Of a stretch of DNA of 64,000 nt, positions 18,465 to 27,331 are shown piece after piece; the stretch's first letter is position 1, and the number at the start of each line of letters is the position of its first letter. The translations under genes were made by a program, and so were the position numbers. This stretch comes from a virus (lineage: Duplodnaviria > Caudoviricetes): IMG/VR virus record IMGVR_UViG_2912740531_000001, positions 1 through 64,000 of that record. One strand, written 5' to 3'. Under the pieces are notes generated by a model, which worked only from the letters and a program-made list of their open reading frames with translations, searched no databases and was not told where the DNA came from.

Positions 18465-19709
18465 ATGCCGCAGACTTGGAGGATGCACCGGAACGGCAGG
18501 CTGTTCAGCAGCGGGACTCTTCGCGACTATCTGCACAAGAATCTCCAGAAGATCACCCAGGCGGTCGACGCATGGGATCCCGAGAAGTTCCTGATAACGA
18601 CCGAGGCCGACGTCATCGAGGAACTGACGAACGCCTTCCGCATCGTGGTGCCCACGCTCGACCGCGAGGGCGTCGGGATCGAGCCGCTGAAGCAGGGCTA
18701 CGGAGTCGTCGAGAGACTCGGAGACTCCCTCAGGGTCGCCCAGAACACGGTCACACTGCTGGTTCCCTACACCGGAGACCGCGCCATCTTCGCCCTCCAG
18801 CCCAACCCCCACATGGAACCGGGACCACAGGGGACGGTGACCGACACGGAGGTCAGGCTCGCCTGGACCGGCCAGAGCACGGACCACGAATTCGTACGCC
18901 GAGCCCTGGACGAGAGGATCAGCGAGATCACGAAGTGTCTCGGCTGGGCGCGGGCCAACGTCAACGGCTACAACGCACAGATCGAGCAGGTGATCCCTCA
19001 GAGGGTGCATGCCCGCAAGCAGGCTCTTCTTGCCAGCAGGAACCTTGAGGCCTCGCTCGGGTTCCCGATCCGCAAGCGCACGGACGCCAAGACCTACGAG
19101 GTCCCGCTGGTCCGGAAGAAGATCAAGACGGAGTCCGCCGAGTCGTCCACGGACCCTTCGTTCAAGCCCGAGCATGTGCTCGCCGACGCGGACTACGAAG
19201 AGGCGCTGCGGGTCCTGAAGAACGCCCGTAATCAGCTGGAACGCTCACCCTCGCTGGCCGGCAAGCTCGACGAGGAGGAGATCCGGGATGTGTTGCTCCT
19301 GGCACTGAACTCCCAGTTCGAGGGCACGGCCGCGGGCGAGGTGTTCAACTTCAAGGGCAAGACCGACATCCTCATCCGGGTCGAGGACAGGCACGTGTTC
19401 ATCGGCGAGTGCAAGTTCTGGAAAGGCCCGAAGACCATCACCGACACGCTGAACCAGTTGCTCGGCTATCTGACCTGGCGGGACACCAAGGCGGCCGTGC
19501 TGTTGTTCGTCAGGGAGAAGGCGTTCTCCGAGATCGTCTCCAAGGCCCTGGGGAAGCTGGAGGAGCATCCCAACTTCAAGCGGCGGGGCTCGACCAACGA
19601 GTTCGGCACCCGCCATGACTTCGTCTTCCATGTCGATGGAGATCCGTCCCGCGAGGTCAAACTGGCCTTCCTTCCCTTCCACCTCCGCCAGGCCGACTCC
19701 GGCAGCTGA
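18465..19709 (+). CDS. PD-(D/E)XK nuclease-domain protein (candidate defence)
   Basis: C-terminal E..IRD...GE...GKTDILI...IGECKFW...QLLGY motif. Confidence 0.78.
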   Translation: MPQTWRMHRNGRLFSSGTLRDYLHKNLQKITQAVDAWDPEKFLITTEADVIEELTNAFRIVVPTLDREGVGIEPLKQGYGVVERLGDSLRVAQNTVTLLVPYTGDRAIFALQPNPHMEPGPQGTVTDTEVRLAWTGQSTDHEFVRRALDERISEITKCLGWARANVNGYNAQIEQVIPQRVHARKQALLASRNLEASLGFPIRKRTDAKTYEVPLVRKKIKTESAESSTDPSFKPEHVLADADYEEALRVLKNARNQLERSPSLAGKLDEEEIRDVLLLALNSQFEGTAAGEVFNFKGKTDILIRVEDRHVFIGECKFWKGPKTITDTLNQLLGYLTWRDTKAAVLLFVREKAFSEIVSKALGKLEEHPNFKRRGSTNEFGTRHDFVFHVDGDPSREVKLAFLPFHLRQADSGS

Positions 19710-19754
19710 GACGGGCACGGTCAACGGTCAGACACAAGCCCCGTTCACAACGTT

Positions 19755-20205
19755 CCCGGCGCGCCCGTGCCGTCCCCCGGGCGCGCCGATCCGCGCGCAC
19801 CCAGGCGCGCCTCGAGACCACGCGCCCTCACCCCGGCCGCGCCGCGCGCCAAAGCAGACGCGCCCTGGCGCGCGCCCTTGACCTGTACATTCCCGCAGGC
19901 GCGCCGCGCGCCTGATCGTGGCGCGGCTCGTCGAGCGCGGCCCCGGGAGATGACCGTGCGGGGCCCTGGTCGGCGCGCCTAGACGCGCGCGGGCTGCTCG
20001 AGGGTGAGCGCCCAGCGGCGCGGTGGGCCGCGCGGCCGCGCGCCGATCGACCGTTCCCGCACCGAGGACCGCGCCAGTCCCGCGCGCGGTCCAGCCTCCA
20101 GGCGCGCCCGGACATGACGAAGGGCGCGCCATCGGGCGCGCCCTGGGAGAGTGGACGATCGGTCGAGAGCGCGCCTACTGCGCGCCGGACCGGGCCGCGC
20201 GCCGG
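19755..20205. repeat. Largely non-coding CGCGCC-rich tract
   Basis: About 19 CGCGCC copies by hand count in 450 bp; a smaller cluster of 5 lies at 17178-17292. Confidence 0.75.
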
Positions 20206-20996
20206 ATGTCCCGACGGTCGCGGCGCTCCTGCTGCTTGGCGGCACGGTCCTCGCCGCGGACCTGGCGCAGGAGCGCGAGCAGTTCCTGGGGGTGGGCCTG
20301 GCCGAGGAGCTTGAGTGCCTGGAGCCGGTGGTTCGGCTCACTCGGCATCCGCCCCTGGCGTGCGTCCGCGTACTGCACGGCGTAGCGCAGGAACGAGGCC
20401 TCGGTCTGCACGCGCTGCCGGAAGCCTTCGACCCGGCGCCGGTGAGTGGTACGGCTCTCGCCGGGCGCCGGCTCGGGCATGAAGCCGGCCGGATCCTCGA
20501 GCATCAGGCGGCAGATGTCCGCCGTCCTCCTGGCTACTCTGTGTGAACGGAACGCGAGCTCCTCGACCCGTGGTGACGTCGGCTCGGGCACCGGCTCCCC
20601 GAGGACCAATCCAGTCCACCGATCGGAGAAGGCGTCATCGTCCAGTGCCGCCAGTTCCTTCGCATGCTCGTGGGCCAGGTCGTCGACGACGTCCTGGATC
20701 GGGCCCATGGCGGCCTTGATCGCCGCCCGCCACGGCGCGATACGGGCCTGCTGCTGCCGCTTGGTCTCCCCCTCCTGGAGGGGGTTGTAGGTCTTCGCTC
20801 GCCGCCCGGCCGTCTCGAGGGCGAGGAGCGTACGCGGGGCGAGCAGGGGCGAACTGAAGGCTTCGCCCTGGACATCCCGAGGGACCCGCCGGTCGGTGCC
20901 GCCCGTGACGTAGGCGACGACCCTGTCCATGAATGCGTCGTCGCTCAACCGGGACAGACGCTGGATCTCGGCCGCGACCTTCCGCGCATCAGCCAT
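20175..20996 (-). CDS. Hypothetical protein with an internal tandem duplication
   Basis: Two units L..L[SD]DDAF.DR...AF.S..[LV]A.RT...GE[ST]; RBS GGAGGAG upstream. Confidence 0.8.
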   Translation of the reverse strand: MADARKVAAEIQRLSRLSDDAFMDRVVAYVTGGTDRRVPRDVQGEAFSSPLLAPRTLLALETAGRRAKTYNPLQEGETKRQQQARIAPWRAAIKAAMGPIQDVVDDLAHEHAKELAALDDDAFSDRWTGLVLGEPVPEPTSPRVEELAFRSHRVARRTADICRLMLEDPAGFMPEPAPGESRTTHRRRVEGFRQRVQTEASFLRYAVQYADARQGRMPSEPNHRLQALKLLGQAHPQELLALLRQVRGEDRAAKQQERRDRRDIRRAARSGAQ

Positions 20997-21063
20997 AGGG
21001 GGTGCTCCTCCGTTTCGGGTAAGGCCCGTGCTCTCGGGCTCTGGGTGTGCCTGTAAACAGGGT

Positions 21064-21283
21064 GAGGTGGCCGCACGGTCGCGAAGAGGCGTAGCCGGAT
21101 CATCGCAGGAGCATCCGCTCCCCGGCCCCGAGTGCTCTACACGCACCCGGTTGATCGGCCCCGTCTTGGCCAAAGGCGACCACGGGCCGTAGGAACACCC
21201 TCTTCCGAGAGATGCGTGTCAGCCCATAAACCTTTGACCGGAGTCTCAGACGCGGTTCTTCGCGGCGGCAGTACGGCCACCTC
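21064..21283 (-). ncRNA. Candidate structured RNA, ~220 nt
   Basis: 5' and 3' ends pair (13 bp + 8 bp); several nested stems with G-U pairs; TACCAT lies 7 nt upstream. Confidence 0.6.
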
Positions 21284-21331
21284 GCTGCAGATGGTACCCG
21301 CCGGCCGGAGGACGGACGGGCGGCGTAGGCC

Positions 21332-21655
21332 TTACTCGGCCTGATGGGACGTCCTCTTGGTCGTCAGGGACTCGATCATCGGGGCGAGCTTGCTCGGCTT
21401 CCACACGAGGTCATAGCTCGTCTGGGAGGCAGCCAGTACACCCAGGATCGTGACCATGGTCAGCTTGCTGTGCTGGAACTGATCCCAGCCTCCAGCCGCC
21501 GCCACGGCGAAGACGCCGGCCACGAGCGAGACCACGACCGCGACAGCCTTCTTGTACTTCGCCGACCAGGCCGGGCGCTGCACGACCGCGGTGAGCAGCG
21601 GGAGCACAGCGCCGACCTGACCGCCGGTGGAGAGAGCTTCGAGCGTTGGAGACAT
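21332..21655 (-). CDS. Holin-like protein (3 TM)
   Basis: VLPLLTAVVQRPAWS..K.AVAVVVSLVAG pattern; at the end of the tail module. Confidence 0.75.
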   Translation of the reverse strand: MSPTLEALSTGGQVGAVLPLLTAVVQRPAWSAKYKKAVAVVVSLVAGVFAVAAAGGWDQFQHSKLTMVTILGVLAASQTSYDLVWKPSKLAPMIESLTTKRTSHQAE

Positions 21656-21691
21656 GGTGTTGCCCTTCATGCGGGATTACGTGACGGGCGG

Positions 21692-21721
21692 ACTGTGCGC
21701 GAGGTCGGTGCCTTACGTCGC
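21692..21721 (-). promoter_or_regulatory. Late-type promoter motif (holin)
   Basis: GCGACG-TAAGG..N18-CACAGT. Confidence 0.65.
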
Positions 21722-21729
21722 GTCCTGAG

Positions 21730-22110
21730 TCAGCCGCTGGACCCGTCGCCCAGGTCCTCGGCGATCTCCCGCGGCGGGGCAGGGGCGGGGCGCTCATAGA
21801 GCTTCACGACCAGGGCGCGGAGCTGGTGGATGTACTCGACGGCCGCGGCCTTCCAGCGCCTCCACTGCCGCTGTTCCTCCTCCAGACGTTCGACCCGGCT
21901 CTCGAGTGTGGCCACTCTGTCGAGCGTCTGCGCGTTCGTCGCGCGCTGCTGCTCGAGGAGCTGGGTGAAGCCCTGGGTCATGGTCTGTACCGAATCCACG
22001 GTGTCGGTCTTGCGCTGGTTCCCTCGGTACACCAGCCACGCCCCACCCAGCACGCCAGTCATGCCGAAGATCGGAGAGAGGACAGGCGCCAGAGAGGTGA
22101 GCAGCTCCAC
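21730..22110 (-). CDS. TM plus coiled-coil lysis-cassette protein
   Basis: N-terminal TM followed by heptad repeats; adjacent to the holin. Confidence 0.7.
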   Translation of the reverse strand: MELLTSLAPVLSPIFGMTGVLGGAWLVYRGNQRKTDTVDSVQTMTQGFTQLLEQQRATNAQTLDRVATLESRVERLEEEQRQWRRWKAAAVEYIHQLRALVVKLYERPAPAPPREIAEDLGDGSSG

Positions 22111-22192
22111 GGGGGCGCCTCCTCGGTCATCGGCCGTCGGTTGGGGTGCGCGGGAGCCGGGGCCCGAAGTCCCGCGGCTCCCCGCGACGATG

Positions 22193-22222
22193 ACGTTGGA
22201 GGAGGGTGGTGGTTAGCGTCGC
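22193..22222 (-). promoter_or_regulatory. Late-type promoter motif
   Basis: GCGACG-CTAAC..N18-CAACGT. Confidence 0.65.
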
Positions 22223-22235
22223 GTGCTGGCTGCCG

Positions 22236-23573
22236 TCAGACTCCGTCGATCAGGCGCTCGGCGAGGTACGGGGAGAAGGTGCCTGCCGGGGTGTTGTCGG
22301 GAGCGATGCCACACTGGCCGTCCGAGTCGCCGGGGTACTTGATCCACAGCAGGTACTCGGCTCCGCCGACGCCGACCGAGCTCGGGACTCCGAGACGGCG
22401 GCCGGCCGGGTTGCAGTAGTCGACGTGCTGCCCGTTGTCGTCCACCGCGCCGTTGCCGTTGCGGGCGGTGTCGATGACAAACTTCACGCCGGTCACGCCC
22501 GCGCTGGCGAGCTCGGTGACGACCTGGTGGCCGTAGCCGCAACTGATGTCGGTGGCGTCGAAGTTGCTCACGCCGATCGCGATGCGCTCCGTCGACGCGA
22601 TGCCGCCCTTGATGAGCCGGGCCGCCGTCTCCGCGGGCTTGAGCCACGTCGCGTTGCCGGCATCGAGGTAGGCCCGGACGAGCGGCTTGGCACCGAAGGC
22701 CTGCGCCGCGTAGGTCGACAGTTCATATCGCTTGTCGCGGGCCTCCTGGGTGGGCAGGGACTCGGCCTGGGCGAGGGAGTCGGGTTCGACGATGACGATG
22801 GCGGGCCGGTCCCCGATCCCGGCAACGAAGGCGTCGACCCACGCCTTGTACGCCTCGGGGGTGAGCGCACCGCCGTGGGACTCGCCACCGTTGTCCCGCC
22901 AGTACATGTTGTACGCGGCTAGGATGGGCACCTTCCCGGCCGCGGCCGCCGCGGACACGTACGCGTCGACGTCGGCCTGGATGTTCTGATTCCAGTCGCC
23001 GAACCACTTGGCTCCGGGGCGCCGGGCTATCGCGTTGCGGATCTTCGCGGCTCGCCCGTCGGTGGGGTTGAGGGCCAGCCACTTGAGTGCGTTGCTGTCG
23101 GGGTCGACGTAGAAGCCCTCTCGGACGGTCGACGTCGTCAGGCGGACCTCTGCGAGCGTGACGGTGACGGGCGTGCCCTGCCCCATCTGGAAGGACACCT
23201 GACCGGTGGTCGTGTCCAGGTCCGAGGTGAACGTGTAGACGAACGACGTGTCGACGGTGCCCAGGACGACGGTCTTGTCCAGGGCCGCAGTCCACGGGTC
23301 AGAGCCGAGGCCGACCTGGACGCGCAGCGAGGTGTTCACCTGGGAGGCGCGGGCGGTGAAGGTCAGGGTGTACGCGGCGCCCTTGCGCAGCACGATGCCG
23401 TCCTGCCCGAGCGGTGCGTCCCACAGGTTGACGGCGTCGGTCGTGGCGGTCGCGTCCATCCCGCCGGCGGAGCCCGCGGCGATGCTGACCTTGGCGGGGT
23501 CTCCCGCCCACCAAGAGGTGGTGCCGTTGCTGAAATCGTGGTTGCTGACGAGGTCGCCGTAGGTTCCGGCCAT
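22236..23573 (-). CDS. CBM4_9 + glycoside hydrolase family 6 (cellulase-like), no signal peptide
   Basis: CBM4-like N-terminus (LVSNHDFSNG..W, NLWDA, YTLTFTARA); GH6 motifs FYVDP, IVEPDSL, YLDAG, FVIDTARNG, CNP, WIKYPGDSDG. Confidence 0.9.
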   Translation of the reverse strand: MAGTYGDLVSNHDFSNGTTSWWAGDPAKVSIAAGSAGGMDATATTDAVNLWDAPLGQDGIVLRKGAAYTLTFTARASQVNTSLRVQVGLGSDPWTAALDKTVVLGTVDTSFVYTFTSDLDTTTGQVSFQMGQGTPVTVTLAEVRLTTSTVREGFYVDPDSNALKWLALNPTDGRAAKIRNAIARRPGAKWFGDWNQNIQADVDAYVSAAAAAGKVPILAAYNMYWRDNGGESHGGALTPEAYKAWVDAFVAGIGDRPAIVIVEPDSLAQAESLPTQEARDKRYELSTYAAQAFGAKPLVRAYLDAGNATWLKPAETAARLIKGGIASTERIAIGVSNFDATDISCGYGHQVVTELASAGVTGVKFVIDTARNGNGAVDDNGQHVDYCNPAGRRLGVPSSVGVGGAEYLLWIKYPGDSDGQCGIAPDNTPAGTFSPYLAERLIDGV

Positions 23574-23592
23574 GGGCGGGTGGTGCTCCTTG

Positions 23593-26049
23593 CTACTTGG
23601 TGAAGGTCACCCGCAACTTGGGCGGGTAGGTCTGGCCGGCGCCTCGGAAGATGCCGTAGTACGTGCGATTCGTGGTGTTGGGGTCGAGCGCGATTCCGCG
23701 CCATCGCGTCGAGTCGAAGACGCTGGTGATGTCGACCCACTTGCCTTGATTCCGGGCCCACGAAATGGTCTTGACCTCGCTGTCCGAGCTGAACGTTGCG
23801 GGTCGGGAGGTGTGTGGGTGGGCCTTGATGACGGCCTTGCCGCCGCTGGCGTAGTACCAGTGCTCGGCGTACAGGTAGACCTCAGCTTTGACGATCTTTG
23901 CGCCGGACAGGTCGGTGCCAAGTGCGGAGGGGAAGCCGATCAACGCGGACTGGATGCCGTTATTCGAGGAGTAGTAGCCCTGAACGCACTTGTTGCCGTA
24001 GTAGGCGTTGTAACCGGCGCGCTTGGCGTACGACCCGGACCACGAGGCCGTGTAGGTCTTTGTGTAGGTTTGCACGGGTTCGGCGGCGCTTCCGCCGCCG
24101 GTGTTGTATCCACCGGTGACGGGGATCTCCGGGCCGGTGTCCTCGATGTAGAAGACATTGCTGCGGCCGGTCGTGCTCAGCCCAAGGTCGAGGGTTTGCC
24201 CGCTGCTGCCGCCTGAGTTCTCGAAGGAGAGCAGCAGGCGGTGCAGACCGCCGCCGAGCGTGGTGCCGCTGGCGTTGTACTCCAAGCTGACTTGCTGGTA
24301 GCGGCCGGTGTGGGCGGGCGTGTGGATCGAGGTCTGGCGCAGCGTCGAGGTGATGGTGGGCTTCGAGGTGCCCCCGTCGCGCAGGTAGAGGCGGATCTCT
24401 CCGTCCGTGGCGTTGTCGAGGTTTGCGGTCGCTCGGAACACGACCCGGTAGAGGCGTCCGGCCTCGGCGGTGAACGGCAGCTCGTAGTAGCCCATTTCGC
24501 TGCCCGTTGCGGTGACCGTGGATGTGGGGTGTGCGCGCGCGACGATGCCCTTGGGGCCGGCACCGATCAGGGCGGAGACGGGATCGCCGCCTACGGTGAG
24601 GTCACCCGCGACGTTGAGGTCGGCGAAGTTGCCATTCCCCGCGGTGTCGATGGTTGCCACGGCGGTGCCGTCGGTGCGCAGGGTGAGGTACTGCGGCGCG
24701 CCAGTCACCAGAGCGACGGCTTCTTGCCCGGTTTCGTCGAACAGGCGCAGTCCCTGGGGGCCTACTTCGGCGCGGGCGCCGCCGATCGCGCGGCCGAAGA
24801 CCGGATGTACTTCCGCGTTGTCCCACACGGCCCATCCGCGGGTGGCGGCCGAGGCCTCCAGACACAGCACGGCCTGCGTGGTGCCGGTCGGGGCGGCGAC
24901 TTGCCCGGTGATGCGCTGCCATCGACCCGGCTCCGGTGTGGTCGTCTCCACCACGCCATAGCCGAGCACGGTGCCCGCTGCGCTCTCCCAGCGGGCGAGG
25001 ATCTTCACCGCCTGGGCGACGATGTCCTGCGAGACCAGTATGTCGACGCCGAGCCAGAGTTGCGTGCGGGACAGGACCGGGACCTTAGCCAACGGCAGTG
25101 TGAAGTATGTAGGGGTGTCGGCGGTCAAGTCGCAGTTGATGCCGACTCCGAAGCGGTTGCCGGGGGCCAGGGCCCAGGGCGCGCCGCCCGCGGCCACGAT
25201 GTTCGCGGTCGCCGCGGTCTCGAAGGATGGGTCGGGGATCAGGTTGGTGCCCTGGCCTACGGCAATGTGTTCGGGCGTGACGGCCCCGACGGACAGGTGC
25301 GTGGTGTTCACGGCCCCTGCGGCGATTTTGCCGGCGGTCACGGATTGCGCCTTTAGCTCTCGCGAGGAGATCGTGTCGGCGGCGATCTTCCCGGCGACCA
25401 CGGAGTTCGCGGCAAGCAGGTCCGCACCGATGGTCTCCCTGACCAGCTTGGATCCGGGTACGGACGCGTCCTTGAGCCACACGGCCAGGTCAAGCAGCGC
25501 GGACAGGTCGGGCCCGTCGACGGCGCGTGGGGTGCCGGCGACTACGGGCGAAGCCTGGCCGGTGATCTCCGCGGTATTTGCGGCGACGAGCCGCACGTAC
25601 ACGGTGTTATAGGCGGCGGTCGCCACGGTGACAGTGCCGCCCGCGGTGTTGCTGATCGTCGCCGCGAGCGTCGTTGCATCAGGAGCGAAGTTCTCGGTGA
25701 GGCCGATGTGCACTTGGATGCGAGCGAAGTCGCTGGGGGTGGCGTAGGCGTCTTCCCATTGCCCGTCCCAGGTGACGATCAGTCCGGCGAGTACCGGCTC
25801 GAGAACCGGTGCCGTGGGGGTGGGCGGCGGGGTGGAGTTGACCGCGACGACGGCCACCGCTCCGTCGTCCTGGACACCGACGGAGCCGCGCAGCACTCCG
25901 CCCTCGTCGTAGATGTCGAGGGAGCCGCCCTCGATGGAGGAGTAGCCGGCCTGCGCGGTGCGCTCTACGGCTTGTATCCGCCGCTCAAGGTCGGCCAGGA
26001 CCTGGGCGAGGCGCCGTGCGTCCGACTGGATGTCCAGAAAGTTGGCCAT
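23593..26049 (-). CDS. Tail fibre / receptor-binding protein
   Basis: FN3-like N-terminus, (I/V)xAxK(I/L) fibre repeats, CBM-like NLIPDPSFE domain, C-terminal PKLRVTFTK. Confidence 0.8.
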   Translation of the reverse strand: MANFLDIQSDARRLAQVLADLERRIQAVERTAQAGYSSIEGGSLDIYDEGGVLRGSVGVQDDGAVAVVAVNSTPPPTPTAPVLEPVLAGLIVTWDGQWEDAYATPSDFARIQVHIGLTENFAPDATTLAATISNTAGGTVTVATAAYNTVYVRLVAANTAEITGQASPVVAGTPRAVDGPDLSALLDLAVWLKDASVPGSKLVRETIGADLLAANSVVAGKIAADTISSRELKAQSVTAGKIAAGAVNTTHLSVGAVTPEHIAVGQGTNLIPDPSFETAATANIVAAGGAPWALAPGNRFGVGINCDLTADTPTYFTLPLAKVPVLSRTQLWLGVDILVSQDIVAQAVKILARWESAAGTVLGYGVVETTTPEPGRWQRITGQVAAPTGTTQAVLCLEASAATRGWAVWDNAEVHPVFGRAIGGARAEVGPQGLRLFDETGQEAVALVTGAPQYLTLRTDGTAVATIDTAGNGNFADLNVAGDLTVGGDPVSALIGAGPKGIVARAHPTSTVTATGSEMGYYELPFTAEAGRLYRVVFRATANLDNATDGEIRLYLRDGGTSKPTITSTLRQTSIHTPAHTGRYQQVSLEYNASGTTLGGGLHRLLLSFENSGGSSGQTLDLGLSTTGRSNVFYIEDTGPEIPVTGGYNTGGGSAAEPVQTYTKTYTASWSGSYAKRAGYNAYYGNKCVQGYYSSNNGIQSALIGFPSALGTDLSGAKIVKAEVYLYAEHWYYASGGKAVIKAHPHTSRPATFSSDSEVKTISWARNQGKWVDITSVFDSTRWRGIALDPNTTNRTYYGIFRGAGQTYPPKLRVTFTK

Positions 26050-26057
26050 GGGCGCGG

Positions 26058-26087
26058 ATGCTGGACGTTGGCCATGGTTAACGTCGC
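26058..26087 (-). promoter_or_regulatory. Late-type promoter motif (near-leaderless tail fibre)
   Basis: GCGACG-TTAAC..N18-CAGCAT, 8 nt before the ATG. Confidence 0.7.
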
Positions 26088-26115
26088 GCGCTGCCCGGCG
26101 AGGACATCCGCCGGG

Positions 26116-27330
26116 TTAGTAGTGGAAGCTGTCGGAGCGCTTCAGGAACAGGGTGCACAGGCCGTCTGCGCTGATTTCGTCGCTGACGATGCGGTGCCAC
26201 ACGTCGACGTCGCCGACCCATGGCACGTGTACTTGAACGCGGATGTCGTCGCCCAGGGCCCAGGAGCCCAACCGGGCGTTGGGGTGGTCGATGATCTGGA
26301 TGGCGGGGATCTGCAGGGCCTGTGTTCGGCCGGCCAACTCCTGAGTGCCCCGGGTGCGCAGCGACTTGTCCGACGACAGTGTCTTGTCGGCGACGGTGGC
26401 AACCCGTCGCAGGCGCCCGTCGTAGCGGTAGACCTGCGCCCGCTTCATCTTCCGGCCCTCGCCTTTGCCGAGCACGATGACTTCGTTGGCGTACTCGTCG
26501 CCCATGCCCTCGGGCTTGGCGATGGCTGCGATGTTCTCGCCGTCGGCGAATCGCAGGTCTTTGCGCTTCCTGCCGATCCGCGGCTTCCCCAGGATCAGCC
26601 GGTGCTGGATTTCGTTGCCGCTGCCGGTCCAGGCGTGCGTCTCCATCCAGTCGAATGGGGTGTCCCTGGCAAGGGCGTCGAGGGCTTGGCCACAGTCGGG
26701 GGCGTTCCACCAGGCGAGTTCCCACGGGTCGGAGCCGTCCGCGGCGCCCAGCTTCTCGCCCAGGTCGTGGGTGTCGACCTTGAGCCCGATGTTCCCGTAA
26801 GGGCGTGACTGGACGTGGCTCCAGATGTTCCGGAAGGCGTCGTACACGTCGATGCGAGGGCCGCCGTACGGCTTCGGCGGGGGTGGCACCCGCTGCTTCC
26901 CCTTTTGCCCGTCCACCCAGCCGTCATGGTTCTTGTCCTTGCCTGCATACGGGTCCTTGGGCGTGATCAATGCGCCGGAAATCATGTAGCTCTCGTACGG
27001 GATGCCCTGCGGGTAGGCGGAGAAGCCCTCGCAGTAGATGGAGGCCTTCGGCCCGTCGTACGCCGTTTTCGTGACGATGCCGCCCCACCGGATACGGCCG
27101 TCGATCTCCAGGTACAGCTTGGTACCCCACTCCTGCAGGATCGGCTTGCCGTCGGAACCGATCATGCGGGCGTACTCGGGTTCGATGGTGCCGTTCAACG
27201 ACCCCGGCCCGGACAGATCCCGTCTCGGGTTCGAGGCCAGAGCGAGGGGTACCTCCCAGTCCAGGATGGGCTCGGTGGCGGCCCGTCCCCCGCTGGCCCG
27301 CTGCGCGATGTACCGCCAGCCCGTCGGCAC
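26116..27330 (-). CDS. Minor tail / baseplate hub protein
   Basis: Position after the Dit-like genes; WGGIV and YANEVIVLGKGEG motifs. Confidence 0.78.
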   Translation of the reverse strand: MPTGWRYIAQRASGGRAATEPILDWEVPLALASNPRRDLSGPGSLNGTIEPEYARMIGSDGKPILQEWGTKLYLEIDGRIRWGGIVTKTAYDGPKASIYCEGFSAYPQGIPYESYMISGALITPKDPYAGKDKNHDGWVDGQKGKQRVPPPPKPYGGPRIDVYDAFRNIWSHVQSRPYGNIGLKVDTHDLGEKLGAADGSDPWELAWWNAPDCGQALDALARDTPFDWMETHAWTGSGNEIQHRLILGKPRIGRKRKDLRFADGENIAAIAKPEGMGDEYANEVIVLGKGEGRKMKRAQVYRYDGRLRRVATVADKTLSSDKSLRTRGTQELAGRTQALQIPAIQIIDHPNARLGSWALGDDIRVQVHVPWVGDVDVWHRIVSDEISADGLCTLFLKRSDSFHY

Positions 27331-27331
27331 C

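Noticed and set aside
19729-19760. Plus-strand partial late motif GACACAAGCC
   Set aside because: No CANNNT at 17-19 nt and no downstream gene; not counted.
21064-21283. Retron msr-msd interpretation of the terminal inverted repeat
   Set aside because: No reverse transcriptase is recognisable anywhere in the window.
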